A stretch of DNA of 49,055 nucleotides from Geothrix sp. (GCA_025361045.1 JANYAZ010000309.1:1-49055); one strand, 5' to 3'. Counted from the stretch's first letter, positions 36,806-46,261 are shown. Numbers and translations are program-made. Notes: generated by a model from the sequence alone, not told the origin.

Positions 36806-37004
36806 GGAGGTTCCTGGCCCAGTGGGCAGTGCGGAGATGTCAAAGTCATCGACCAGTGGCCGAGTCCCATTCAAACCCGTGCAGTCAGGCCCAATGGGCG
36901 GGGCGGACTGCGCGCGCTGAAAGGGGATGAACCACTGTGGCAGGTGCCAAGTGGACCATGCAAGGGTGTATGCCTCGTTTGGATGCTTGAAAGCTGCGAT
37001 AAGT

Positions 37005-38699
37005 TTACGCCTGATCGGAGGGCGATGCCATTGGCACTTCTTCTCTGTGGGGTGATAGGAAAATGCGGATGTGGGTACCTACCCCCAAGGTGCTTTCGAC
37101 CTCGATGCGCCACCCCATGGCCACAATGAACTTGTAGACGAGGCTCATACCCAGTCCTGACCCTTCTTCAAAGCTCCCGGCGAAAGGCACGAAGAGGCGC
37201 TCCAATTGCTCCCCGGTCATCCCGCAGCCGTTGTCTGAAACCGTCAGGCAGACCGCCGTGTCTGAGACGAGGCAGGACATACGCAGCCGGGGTTCCGGCG
37301 AGTCCTTCAAGGCCTTTCGAGCATTGCTGAGCAGGTTCATGAGGGCTCGGTGGAGGCCTGCGGAATCCGCGCACAAGCTCACCGCCGGGACGGGATCGAT
37401 GGTCAGCGGAAGTCCCTCAGTTCGAGGGTCCATCTCCCAACTGGAGCGGACCTCTTCGATAACCCTTGGCAGGGACAAGATCGAGTCGGCAGGCGGCTCT
37501 GGGCGGGCAAAATCCAGGAAATCAGACACGATGTAGCCCACGCGCTGAGTTTCCCGGTCCAGGATGCCCAGGATGCGGGTCCGCACCTCCTCGGGGGCTC
37601 CTTCTTTTTGGAGCAGTTGCACGCAACCACTTATGGAAGCGAGCGGATTCCTGATTTCGTGGGCGAGACCGGCGGCGAGTTGTCCGATGGCCGCAAGCCG
37701 TTCACTGATTCGAGTCCGTTCCTCCAGCGCCTTGAGGTCCGTGAGGTCCTGGAACAGCATGAGCTGACCGGATTCGCGGCCGGAGGCGCCGCGGAGGGAG
37801 GCCAGGTGACCTCCCAGGACGCGACGGCCACGCCCGGGAACAGGAAGAACGACCTCGAAGCGATGTTCCCGGCCCTTGCGCCAGGAGATGGGATCTTCGA
37901 GTTGGAACAGATCCTGAAGCGCGACGCCCTCGGCGATGGGCCCACCCAGGATGGACATGGCAGCGGGGTTCGCCGAGGTGACTCGGCCCTTCAAATCCAG
38001 GGTGATCAGCCCGGAATTCATGGATTCGACCACGCGCTGATGGAGGGCGGACAGCTCATCGACGGCCGCTTCGCTGACGCTGAGGTCCGTACGGAGACGG
38101 TCGAGATTCCTGCGAATGAGCACCACCAGGAGGGTGGCGGCGAAGATCTGCAGGGCGGCGCTTCCGAGAAGGAACGAAAGCCGACTTGGATCTGGCTCCA
38201 GGACCTCGGTCGAAAGACCAAAGGGAGGGAGCAGGCCGAAGGTAAACCCGAGCACCAGGAGGATATGGGTGAGCGAGGAGACCACCCCCACCCAAACGAT
38301 TTCCGTGGTCCCGAGGTAGAAGGCCGAGGCTAGCACTGGGAAGATATACAGGGTGGCAAAGCGCTCCTGCACCACCCCCTGGAAGGCGATGACCAGCGTG
38401 ACCAGGGCCAGATCGAGAGCCAAATTCCAGCGTATCCAGGCGGCACGGGGTGTCGGGAAGAGCTGATCCATCGCCACGAGACCGCGTCCGGATTCCCAGA
38501 GCGCCTCAGCAAACATCAGCAGCAGCGTGGCCAAGTAGCCCAGTTCCCCGGGACCTGAAGCTCTTCCCTCCGCGGGAAGGGCGGCGTGTACCACCAGCAG
38601 ACCAAAGCTGGCGAAGAGGCGGAAGGAAAGGGGCAGGAAGGGGGCGCTGGCGTCTGACACACCCAACCTGCCCCAGGTGCGCTGGAGCATGTCAACCAT
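37005..38699 (-). CDS. PilS-like membrane sensor histidine kinase
   Basis: TM region, PAS, ERLAAIGQLAAGLAHEIRNPL, NLLSNA, DNGCG, GSGLG; start uncertain. Confidence 0.9.
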   Translation of the reverse strand: MVDMLQRTWGRLGVSDASAPFLPLSFRLFASFGLLVVHAALPAEGRASGPGELGYLATLLLMFAEALWESGRGLVAMDQLFPTPRAAWIRWNLALDLALVTLVIAFQGVVQERFATLYIFPVLASAFYLGTTEIVWVGVVSSLTHILLVLGFTFGLLPPFGLSTEVLEPDPSRLSFLLGSAALQIFAATLLVVLIRRNLDRLRTDLSVSEAAVDELSALHQRVVESMNSGLITLDLKGRVTSANPAAMSILGGPIAEGVALQDLFQLEDPISWRKGREHRFEVVLPVPGRGRRVLGGHLASLRGASGRESGQLMLFQDLTDLKALEERTRISERLAAIGQLAAGLAHEIRNPLASISGCVQLLQKEGAPEEVRTRILGILDRETQRVGYIVSDFLDFARPEPPADSILSLPRVIEEVRSSWEMDPRTEGLPLTIDPVPAVSLCADSAGLHRALMNLLSNARKALKDSPEPRLRMSCLVSDTAVCLTVSDNGCGMTGEQLERLFVPFAGSFEEGSGLGMSLVYKFIVAMGWRIEVESTLGVGTHIRIFLSPHREEVPMASPSDQA

Positions 38700-38726
38700 G
38701 GTGCCCGAATCTGCCATCCTTAGGCC

Positions 38727-39161
38727 ATGGCCGACTCCGCCTCCTCATCGACCCCCTCGCTCCGTGCTGCTGGCATGCGGCAGACGCCTCAACGGGAAGG
38801 CATCCTCCAGGTCCTGCGGGACTCTGATAGACCGTTGACGGTGGAAGAAATTTGGGAGCAGATTCCGGAGCGGAGATCAGGCCTTCCCACGGTCTACCGC
38901 AACCTGGAACGCTTCGTGCGCGAAGGCTGGGCCGAAAGCATTCTTGGTGTCGACCAGGTGATGCGATTTGTCCGCTGCGAGTCCCGCCAGCATCACCACC
39001 ATCTCCAGTGCGAGCGTTGTGGTCGGACTGCAGAGGTGGATGCCTGTGGGCTCGAAGCGTCCCTCAAGCACCTCGAGACCCTCTCCGGGTTCCGGATCAC
39101 GCGTCATCAGTTGCTGCTGTTCGGCCTCTGCGGGGCATGCCGTTCCGAAAAAGACCGTTGA
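38727..39161 (+). CDS. Fur-family metalloregulator (Zur-like)
   Basis: GMRQTPQR, TVYRNL, HHHHLQCERCG, C-terminal CGAC. Confidence 0.93.
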   Translation: MADSASSSTPSLRAAGMRQTPQREGILQVLRDSDRPLTVEEIWEQIPERRSGLPTVYRNLERFVREGWAESILGVDQVMRFVRCESRQHHHHLQCERCGRTAEVDACGLEASLKHLETLSGFRITRHQLLLFGLCGACRSEKDR

Positions 39162-39186
39162 CCGCACTGCGCGCCATTGCTAGGCT
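39158..39186 (+). promoter_or_regulatory. Sigma70 promoter of the tRNA-Gly/tRNA-Cys operon
   Basis: TTGACC-17 nt-TAGGCT, 11 nt before the tRNA. Confidence 0.7.
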
Positions 39187-39197
39187 TGATGTCTCAC

Positions 39198-39272
<75 letters not shown>

Positions 39273-39329
39273 CCACACGGGCCGCGCAAGCGGCCCGCAT
39301 GATTTGAAAGCCTCAAAGCACCAACGCAA

Positions 39330-39404
39330 GGCGCCGTAGCCAAGTGGTAAGGCCCGGGACTGCAAATCCCGTATGCATCGGTTCGACTCCGATCGGCGCC
39401 TCCA
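39330..39404 (+). tRNA. tRNA-Cys (GCA)
   Basis: GGCGCCG..CGGGA-CTGCAAA-TCCCG..GGTTCGACTCC..CGGCGCCTCCA. Confidence 0.97.
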
Positions 39405-39406
39405 GA

Positions 39407-39430
39407 AGGGCCCCCGCAAGGGGGCTTTTT
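39407..39430 (+). terminator. Intrinsic terminator after tRNA-Cys
   Basis: GCCCCC-GCAA-GGGGGC-TTTTT. Confidence 0.88.
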
Positions 39431-39473
39431 CATGCCGAGCGGGAGGGAAGAGGAAATGCCAGCGGCCCTGAAA

Positions 39474-40022
39474 TCAGACGATCGATCGGAGCTGGTTTCG
39501 GGAGGCGGTCAGGCCCAGGATGATCCCAAGGGCCAGTGACCAGAGCGCGGCGAGACCCAGCTGAAACTCGGCAGGCAGGCTGAAGGTCAGTGTGTGGGCG
39601 GGAATCCAGAACCAGCCAAGGGTGCGGATGGCCGGCATCATCCCGTCGAAGCCCTGACGGCCCAGAATGAGGTTGTCCTCTAGCCGGTGGAAAAGCATCA
39701 TCTGGGGGCCGAAAAAGACGTTTGTCAGGGTGGATAGGGTGAGCGCCCATCCGAACCCAGAGGCCAGGATGGAAGGCAACAGGTGGTGATCCATCAAGGC
39801 GCGAGTAAACCCCTTCATACCTACGAATCCGGCCTTGATGACGAGTCCGAGCAGGGCCCATGCAATCACCTTGAAACCCAGTTGGAGTGGCGTACAGGGG
39901 AGGACCGGGCGGCGGTGTTTCAGGCTGGCAGCCACCATTTCGCCCAGGGTGCCCAGCAGACCGAACTGAATCGCGGCAGAAAGAAAGGGATGGGACAGGA
40001 CCCAGAGTCGGTAACTGGTCAT
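39474..40022 (-). CDS. Mpv17/PMP22-like membrane protein
   Basis: Hydrophobic throughout; C-terminal FWIPAHTLTFSLP.EFQ..LAALWS resembles Mpv17/PMP22. Confidence 0.65.
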   Translation of the reverse strand: MTSYRLWVLSHPFLSAAIQFGLLGTLGEMVAASLKHRRPVLPCTPLQLGFKVIAWALLGLVIKAGFVGMKGFTRALMDHHLLPSILASGFGWALTLSTLTNVFFGPQMMLFHRLEDNLILGRQGFDGMMPAIRTLGWFWIPAHTLTFSLPAEFQLGLAALWSLALGIILGLTASRNQLRSIV

Positions 40023-40057
40023 GCCGGAAGGCTATCCAGGGTCGGGGAGGGCGGGGG

Positions 40058-41203
40058 TCACATGACCGTGCGTTCTGGATGGCCATCGATCCAGCCCCCA
40101 CCCAGCACCTCTCCGTCTTGGTAGAAGACCACGGCCTGGCCGGGGGCGATGGCCCGCTGCACCTCGGCGAAAGACACCTTGGCTCGACCGTCGGGTAGCG
40201 GAATCACCAGGGCCTCTGCTTCGGGGGAGCGACTGCGAATGCGGGCCTCGCAGACGATGGGACCCTGAGGGGCAGCGTGAACCCAGTTGAGGTCCCTGGC
40301 CACCAGGTCCCGAGCCATCAGGTCAGCCTCAAGACCGACCCAAACCGTGTTGGTGGCCGCCTCGGTTCTCACGACGTAGAGGGGTTCGGCAAAGGCCACG
40401 CCCAATCCGCGTCGCTGACCCACGGTGTGCCGCCAGTATCCCTGATGGCGTCCCAGCACCCGGCCATCCACATGGCGGATGTCCCCCTCGCCCAGCCCTG
40501 GATCGCGACCTTCCGCCTCGATGAACGCATCGTACCGGTCCTGGGTGACGAAACAGATCTCCTGGCTTTCAGGCTTCTCAGCCAGGTGGAGTCCCAACTC
40601 GGTTCCCAACCTGCGGACTTCCGGTTTCGTGAGGTGGGCCAGAGGGAAGAGGGTCCGGGCCAGGGTTGCCTGGTTGTGATGAAAGAGGAAATAGCTTTGG
40701 TCCTTCCCAGGGTCGGAGGCCCGTCGAAGGTGCCAGTGTCCAGTTGCGTAGGTGATGGTCGCGTAGTGACCCGTGGCCACAAAAGGAGCCTCCAGGGCCA
40801 CAGCCCGATCCATGAGTGCAGAGAACTTAAGGTGTTGGTTGCATCGAATGCAAGGACTGGGGGTTTCACCCTCCAAGTAACCCTGGATAAACCCTTCAAT
40901 GACCGTTTCGCGAAATTGGTTCTCGAAGTCCATGACGTAATGGGGGAATCCCAGCTGATGGGCAACCCTACGGGCATCATGAAAATCATCAAGGGTGCAG
41001 CATTTCCCGTCGGAACCTTGAATGGTTCTTTTATCAAATAGCTGCATGGAAATGCCAATGACCTGGTAGCCAGCCCGGTGGAGCAGCGCGGCCATTACCG
41101 AGCTATCCACCCCTCCTGACATGGCTGCCAGGATTCGATCGCCAGGGCTGAGTGTGGGGTGGTGCTGCAGGGGTTCAAGGGCCTGATCCAGGAGTTCGCT
41201 CAC
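40058..41203 (-). CDS. mnmA: tRNA 2-thiouridine(34) synthase
   Basis: AMSGGVDSS, PSPCIRCN, ATGHY, KDQSYFL, ESQEICF, TVGQRRGLG, APGQAVV. Confidence 0.97.
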   Translation of the reverse strand: MSELLDQALEPLQHHPTLSPGDRILAAMSGGVDSSVMAALLHRAGYQVIGISMQLFDKRTIQGSDGKCCTLDDFHDARRVAHQLGFPHYVMDFENQFRETVIEGFIQGYLEGETPSPCIRCNQHLKFSALMDRAVALEAPFVATGHYATITYATGHWHLRRASDPGKDQSYFLFHHNQATLARTLFPLAHLTKPEVRRLGTELGLHLAEKPESQEICFVTQDRYDAFIEAEGRDPGLGEGDIRHVDGRVLGRHQGYWRHTVGQRRGLGVAFAEPLYVVRTEAATNTVWVGLEADLMARDLVARDLNWVHAAPQGPIVCEARIRSRSPEAEALVIPLPDGRAKVSFAEVQRAIAPGQAVVFYQDGEVLGGGWIDGHPERTVM

Positions 41204-41205
41204 CG

Positions 41206-43446
41206 TCAGGTCCTCAGTCGCCGAAGCCGGAGAAGGGAGACCGCCAGCAACAAAAGAAGTGGGGCGATGGCACCCCAGTAGGCGGGTATCTCGGAGGCAC
41301 GTGCAGCCCCCCCAAAGAGCGTCTGCAAGCCCAGGAAGACCAGCCCAGCCACCAGTCCCGCGCCAAGGGCCTGCCCACGACCTTGCCTGGGCCCAGGAAA
41401 GGCAAAGGAGAGCATGGCGAGCACCAGGCAGGGGCCGGCCAGCCAACCCAACAGTCGGCCCCACAGCATATAGGCCCGTTCGGGGTCGGGTGCCCAGACC
41501 TGCCAGCGGACCAGGTCAATGGTCCGGGCCTCTTCAGCACTGGCTGTGGTACGGAGGGCCTGGGCCGGGAAGAGTCGCTCAACAGGAGGTCCTTTGATCA
41601 GGCGCAATCCTCCCCACGCAAGGGCATCGGAGTTGGCGTCGCCCAAGCGCCACCGAAGGAGGATCGGAGCTTCACCAGGCGCCTTCAGTGGGAACCCCCA
41701 CCTCTGGTCAGCCTGGAGGTGCCAGAGGACCCCGGTGGACCCCAGATAAAGCCAGGGTTTGGTGGAAAATTGATCCTGAGAACGGTTGAGAATTCGCCTG
41801 TAAAGATGGTTGGCGCGGCTCATAGCTGGAGGTGCTAGGCCCACCTGAAGCAGGAGCGTAAGGAGGGTGACCAGACCCCACGCCCACCGGCTGCTCCACA
41901 ACCAGCGCAGCAGGCTGACCCCACCGGCCCTGAGGGCGAGCCACTCCCGGCTGAGAGCGGCCTCAGAAAGGGTCAGCAGGGTTCCGAGCAGGAAGGAAAT
42001 GGGGAGTGCGACCACCAGAAACGGCGGGAGATTCCAGAACCAATATCTAATAAAAACAATGAGTTGAACACCGTTCTTAGAAAGATCTCCAGCAAGATTT
42101 GCATACTCTATGAGCAAATTCAGGACGAGCAAACTGCTGAGGGCGGACCCCCAGTTCCTCCACCAGGCCAGGGTCGACCAGTGCCGGAGGATCCCGTGCT
42201 GTGTCCCTTTCCCATGCAGCCAGGCCAGCAGGGCACCTCGCCGGTGTGAAAGATGGTCCAGCATGGGTGCCAGGCGAGTCCAAATGGGGCGGGTGACGAG
42301 ACTCAGCCCACCCTCGATGGGGTTGGATCGATGTGGTTTCAGGCGTTCCCGAAGCAGCAGCCAGCCGCCAGCCAGAAAGGGGAAAGGAACAAGAAAGAGG
42401 GGAATGATCGTTTTAAGTTTTCCGACTTCCCACATGTTTTCAAAATACTTAAGAACAACGTAATACAACATGATGACGCCGAGGCTTTTGAGGATGGCAC
42501 CACCCCGATGGAACCGAGGGTGCCCAAAGCCCATGGCGATCCCGAGCAACAGGAGCGCGGCGGCGGCAAGGGGAAGGGTGGTTCGTCGGCAGAACTCCAT
42601 GGCAGCCTTGAGCCTCAGATCCCGGAATTCTCGGGTACCGCCTCCTGGCAGCGCAGGCACGCGAAGAATCTTCAGCAGGGTGACTGAGCTTTCGTAGCGG
42701 AGGGGGGTTGGTGGCAGCAGTCTGGCGCCGGCGGGAATGACGAACCTGAGAACCTGTTTCTCCTGGCTCAGGTGGATGACGCTCCCCTGGCCAGAAGTCT
42801 GGTAGAGGGCCCCCTGCAGGCCGGTGAGGTGAAGCTGTAACTCGGAGGATCCATCTTGCTTGGCCTCGATGGCGTAGGTCATGGTCGAGGCCGTCAGGTG
42901 CTGAACCCCCTGGGGGGTGGATTCCATGATGTGGATCTGCCCCTCAGGGGATACCCAGAAGGCGGAGTTCGGGGCTCCTGGCGGAAACCAGGGCGGTGCA
43001 CCGGGTCGAAGGAACCTGGCTTTCGCTTCTTCTGTCATTCGGACCCGCACGGTCTGCTGGACCCGGGCCGCAGCCGGAACGATCACGTGAGCATTGATGG
43101 TGGCGAGCAGCACAAGCCAAAAAGACATGCGCAGCCAAGGAGCTGTCCAGGTCTTACGCCCTGCACCAAGGCCCTGGGCTGCCACGAGTTCGGAACCTTC
43201 CATGAGCTGCTGCGTTCCCATCAATCCACCGAGCACGGCTGCCATCGGCAGCACCAGCCCGAGGTTCTCGGGCATGGAAGTCAGCAGCATCGGCAACAGC
43301 CATCGCAGGGGCGCCCCCTGAGAAAAGATCTCCTTCGAGATGACGACCATCTCCCAAGACAGCAGCAGGAAGCCATAGAACAGCAGGGCACCCAGGAAAG
43401 GGGTAGCCCAGCGCCTGAAGACATATCGGGACAGAACGGAGTGCAC
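41206..43446 (-). CDS. Fused LptF/LptG family LPS-export permease
   Basis: Two tandem permease modules (ELVAAQGLG; EWLALRAGGVS), each with TM helices and a periplasmic region. Confidence 0.8.
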   Translation of the reverse strand: MHSVLSRYVFRRWATPFLGALLFYGFLLLSWEMVVISKEIFSQGAPLRWLLPMLLTSMPENLGLVLPMAAVLGGLMGTQQLMEGSELVAAQGLGAGRKTWTAPWLRMSFWLVLLATINAHVIVPAAARVQQTVRVRMTEEAKARFLRPGAPPWFPPGAPNSAFWVSPEGQIHIMESTPQGVQHLTASTMTYAIEAKQDGSSELQLHLTGLQGALYQTSGQGSVIHLSQEKQVLRFVIPAGARLLPPTPLRYESSVTLLKILRVPALPGGGTREFRDLRLKAAMEFCRRTTLPLAAAALLLLGIAMGFGHPRFHRGGAILKSLGVIMLYYVVLKYFENMWEVGKLKTIIPLFLVPFPFLAGGWLLLRERLKPHRSNPIEGGLSLVTRPIWTRLAPMLDHLSHRRGALLAWLHGKGTQHGILRHWSTLAWWRNWGSALSSLLVLNLLIEYANLAGDLSKNGVQLIVFIRYWFWNLPPFLVVALPISFLLGTLLTLSEAALSREWLALRAGGVSLLRWLWSSRWAWGLVTLLTLLLQVGLAPPAMSRANHLYRRILNRSQDQFSTKPWLYLGSTGVLWHLQADQRWGFPLKAPGEAPILLRWRLGDANSDALAWGGLRLIKGPPVERLFPAQALRTTASAEEARTIDLVRWQVWAPDPERAYMLWGRLLGWLAGPCLVLAMLSFAFPGPRQGRGQALGAGLVAGLVFLGLQTLFGGAARASEIPAYWGAIAPLLLLLAVSLLRLRRLRT

Positions 43447-43463
43447 CTGATGTTCCTGAATTA

Positions 43464-43491
43464 AGTTTCGATAATGTATATTATGTAACCT
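43464..43491 (+). other. dif: dif-like XerC/XerD recombination site
   Basis: AGTTTCGATAA-TGTATA-TTATGTAACCT; the 16-bp core ATAATGTATATTATGT is identical to E. coli dif; AT-rich patch in GC-rich DNA. Confidence 0.88.
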
Positions 43492-43521
43492 TAAATCGCG
43501 CAGACAAAGCTGAACCTTGAA

Positions 43522-44508
43522 TCATAAGACCTTGGCTGCCAAGAGATCGTGGATATGGACCACCCCGCAAGGCACTCCCTCCCGGGTCACCATCAGGAAG
43601 GTGATTTTGCGGGTCTCCATGGCCCCTGCAGCCTCCAGAGCCAGAGCCTGTTCATCGATGGTGGAGGGACTCCGGGTCATGACTTGTTTGGCCGAGAGCT
43701 CGAGTGGATTGCGGCCGTCCTGTTCCGACCTCTCCAGGGCCCGGCGGATGTCACCATCGGTGATGACCCCCAAGAGCGCAGATCCCTCCATGACGCTCGT
43801 CATCCCGAGCCGGCCCTCGGTCATGGCATTCAGGACGGCGGTAAGAGAGGCCCCAGATCCGACAACCGGCCACTTGTCATGCATCAAGAATCCCACCTTC
43901 ACCAACTTGGCACCCAGACTTCCAGCAGGGTGATTCAGGGCAAACAGGTCCCGGGTAAAGCCCCTTCGGGCCATGAGGGTGCTCGCCAACAGATCACCCC
44001 AGACCAGCTGAAGGGTGGTACTGGCCATGGGGGCCAGTTCCAGGGGGCACCCCTCGCCTTGAGGGAGTTGATAGCTGAAGGTCCACTCGGCGGCCTGACC
44101 CAGGCTGCTGTCTGGTCGAGAGGTGAGGGCGGCGATGGGGATCCCCATCCGCAGGAGGCTTGGAAGCAGACGCACCACCTCCTCGCTTTCGCCACTGTTG
44201 GAAAGCGCAAGGATGGAGTCCTCTGCCGTCACCATGCCGAGGTCGCCGTGAAGGGCTTCGGCCGGGTGGAGGAAGAAACTGGGACAACCCGTTGATGCGA
44301 GCGTGGCTGCAATCTTTTGTGCGATGAGGCCCGACTTGCCCATGCCGGTCAGCACCACCCGACCGGTTCTGCCCATCACCATGCGGGTCCAGGCATCCAC
44401 AGCTTGCGAATCCCAGGTTTCCCTCAATTCTTTAAGAGCTTCCCGGGCCGCGTCCAGCACGGCATTTCCGACCTTGATCGCTCCTGCGGCCTCGTTCTCA
44501 TCCTTCAC
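43522..44508 (-). CDS. kdsD: Arabinose-5-phosphate isomerase (KpsF/GutQ, SIS + CBS domains)
   Basis: GMGKSGLI, HPAEALHGDLG, SNSGE, HPAGSLG, GVITDGD, HIHDL. Confidence 0.93.
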   Translation of the reverse strand: MKDENEAAGAIKVGNAVLDAAREALKELRETWDSQAVDAWTRMVMGRTGRVVLTGMGKSGLIAQKIAATLASTGCPSFFLHPAEALHGDLGMVTAEDSILALSNSGESEEVVRLLPSLLRMGIPIAALTSRPDSSLGQAAEWTFSYQLPQGEGCPLELAPMASTTLQLVWGDLLASTLMARRGFTRDLFALNHPAGSLGAKLVKVGFLMHDKWPVVGSGASLTAVLNAMTEGRLGMTSVMEGSALLGVITDGDIRRALERSEQDGRNPLELSAKQVMTRSPSTIDEQALALEAAGAMETRKITFLMVTREGVPCGVVHIHDLLAAKVL

Positions 44509-44544
44509 TGTTTTGACTCCGATGCGGTGGCGAGCAAGGTGTCC

Positions 44545-45168
44545 ATGCTACCAGCCATTCTCCCCCTCTTTCCCCTGCCCCAGGTCGTGCTGTTCCCGCA
44601 GACCTTCCTGCCGGTCCAGATCTTTGAGCCCAGGTATCAGGAGCTGACTGTAGAGGTTCTGAACTCCCACCACCACCTGATCCTCACCCTGATGCGGGAG
44701 ACACCCGATCCAGGCTCCCTGGGGGAGACCGCACCCGTCTTCGAAACTGGCTGCCTGGCTGAAGTCGTTCGGGCCGAACCACTCACTTCCGGGCGCTGGA
44801 ACCTGCTGCTCCAGGGGAGGGAGACCGTGCGGATCCGGGAGGAGCTGCCCGGGAAGCCCTTTCGCCAGGCCCGGTTCGAAGTGGTCCCGTTCAACGCCTC
44901 GATCCTCTGGCCGGGTCCGCATCGTCGTCGTCTCATGGAATCCCTCCACGCCTACGCCACCTCGGAGGGCATTGAATCCCAGCTCAAGGAACTCCTGGAT
45001 CTCCCTTTGGAGGACATGGGTCGCCTAAACACCCTGGCCATGGCCTTGGATTTCGAACCCACGGAGCGTCAGTTCCTTCTGGAATCGCCGGACCTCCCTA
45101 CCCTTGCCGACCGGATGCTTCAGTTGTTGGATTTCGCGGTCGGTGGGCGATCCATCCGGGGCCTCTAA
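44545..45168 (+). CDS. Stand-alone Lon N-terminal (substrate-binding) domain protein
   Basis: LPLFPL..VLFP..IFEPRY, ERQFLLE. Confidence 0.88.
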   Translation: MLPAILPLFPLPQVVLFPQTFLPVQIFEPRYQELTVEVLNSHHHLILTLMRETPDPGSLGETAPVFETGCLAEVVRAEPLTSGRWNLLLQGRETVRIREELPGKPFRQARFEVVPFNASILWPGPHRRRLMESLHAYATSEGIESQLKELLDLPLEDMGRLNTLAMALDFEPTERQFLLESPDLPTLADRMLQLLDFAVGGRSIRGL

Positions 45169-45203
45169 CCGGCCCGCGTGCTTCTCTTTGCTACACTAAC
45201 TTT

Positions 45204-45279
45204 GGCCCTGTAGCTCAGCGGTCAGAGCTGGCGGCTCATAACCGCCTGGTCGTGGGTTCGAACCCCACCGGGGCCACCA
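45204..45279 (+). tRNA. tRNA with CAT anticodon, most likely tRNA-Ile2 (lysidine)
   Basis: GGCCCTG..GGCGG-CTCATAA-CCGCC..CGGGGCCACCA; paired 1:72 and no GGG:CCC anticodon stem (so not initiator); body resembles E. coli Ile2. Confidence 0.9.
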
Positions 45280-45326
45280 ATCCGCAGGACCGCGGATTAG
45301 GACCGGCGCCATTGCGACGGCCCGAA

Positions 45327-45519
45327 GGGCGCCGGCACACGATGTGCCGGCGTCACCATTTGCCAGGATTGGCAAAGAGGACGGGATCGCCGCAGGCGAT
45401 TGCCGCCCGCATGATGCTCAGCGGTGCGGGTCCCCACTCGGAACGCTGCGCCGCAGCGTCCACTCGTGACCCGCATCCGCATTTGCGGGCGAGGGCACAG
45501 GAAGTGCCCTCGTCACCAT
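45327..45519. repeat. Two direct copies of a 33-bp palindromic REP-like motif within a hairpin-rich spacer
   Basis: 45327-45359 GGGCGCCGGCACACGATGTGCCGGCGTCACCAT and 45487-45519 GGGCGAGGGCACAGGAAGTGCCCTCGTCACCAT. Confidence 0.85.
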
Positions 45520-45544
45520 GAGCGCAACACCCAGATCTGAATGC

Positions 45545-46261
45545 TTACACGATCCATTTCCGCAGCTCGCCCTCGGCGAAGATCAGGTGTGCCAGCATGG
45601 CCTCAGAGGCGGCCTTGGGAGACCGGGCTCGGATGGCCTCGAGGATCTCTGAATGCTGATCGATGATCTTCTGGGCGTTCTGGATGTTGTCGTGATAGAG
45701 CTGACGCCGGGCCACCGAGTTGGCCTTGGCGAATTCCTCCGACACCGTCTTGAACAATTTGGTCAGCAGGCTGTTGTGAGTGGACTCAGCCACGGCGTAG
45801 TGAAAGGCGGCGTCGTATTCCTCGCCCTTTTCTGGATCCAGAACGTTCAGGCGTTCACGCATCTTGTCAAGCATGGCCTCGATGTGATCCAACTCCTCCT
45901 GGGTCGCCCGTTCAGCGGCCAGGCCGGCGGTGGCCGTCTCGAAGATGCGGCGCATTTCGAACATGTCGAGGAGTGAACTGCGCTCCACTGCCAGGAACAT
46001 GGCCAGGGGACGAATGATGTCATCGGTCTCAGTGCCCCTGACGAAGGTGCCTTCCCCGGGGCGGATATCAATGACGCCGAGCATCTCCAAGGTCCGGATG
46101 GCTTCTCTCACCGAAGCTCGGCTGACCTGGAATTGTTCGGCCAACTCCCGTTCCGCCAGCAGCCTGTCCCCGGGCTTCAGCCTCCCATCGGTGATGAGAT
46201 GTTTGATCTGCTCCACGATCTCTTCGTACAGCCGCTTGGTTTTAATGGGGGTGAATTCCAT
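45545..46261 (-). CDS. FadR/GntR-family regulator (LldR/LutR-like)
   Basis: LKPGDRL..ERELAEQFQVSRASVREA, FCD domain FH..HN..H; divergent from the lactate permease. Confidence 0.93.
   Translation of the reverse strand: MEFTPIKTKRLYEEIVEQIKHLITDGRLKPGDRLLAERELAEQFQVSRASVREAIRTLEMLGVIDIRPGEGTFVRGTETDDIIRPLAMFLAVERSSLLDMFEMRRIFETATAGLAAERATQEELDHIEAMLDKMRERLNVLDPEKGEEYDAAFHYAVAESTHNSLLTKLFKTVSEEFAKANSVARRQLYHDNIQNAQKIIDQHSEILEAIRARSPKAASEAMLAHLIFAEGELRKWIV

Noticed and set aside
38707-38737. Divergent genes both apparently starting MADS (imperfect inverted repeat)
   Set aside because: Only a short imperfect match and the kinase start is uncertain; probably coincidence
45204-45279. Initiator or elongator tRNA-Met; prophage attachment at this tRNA
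   Set aside because: Lacks initiator features and resembles Ile2; no integrase or duplicated tRNA 3' end seen in the window
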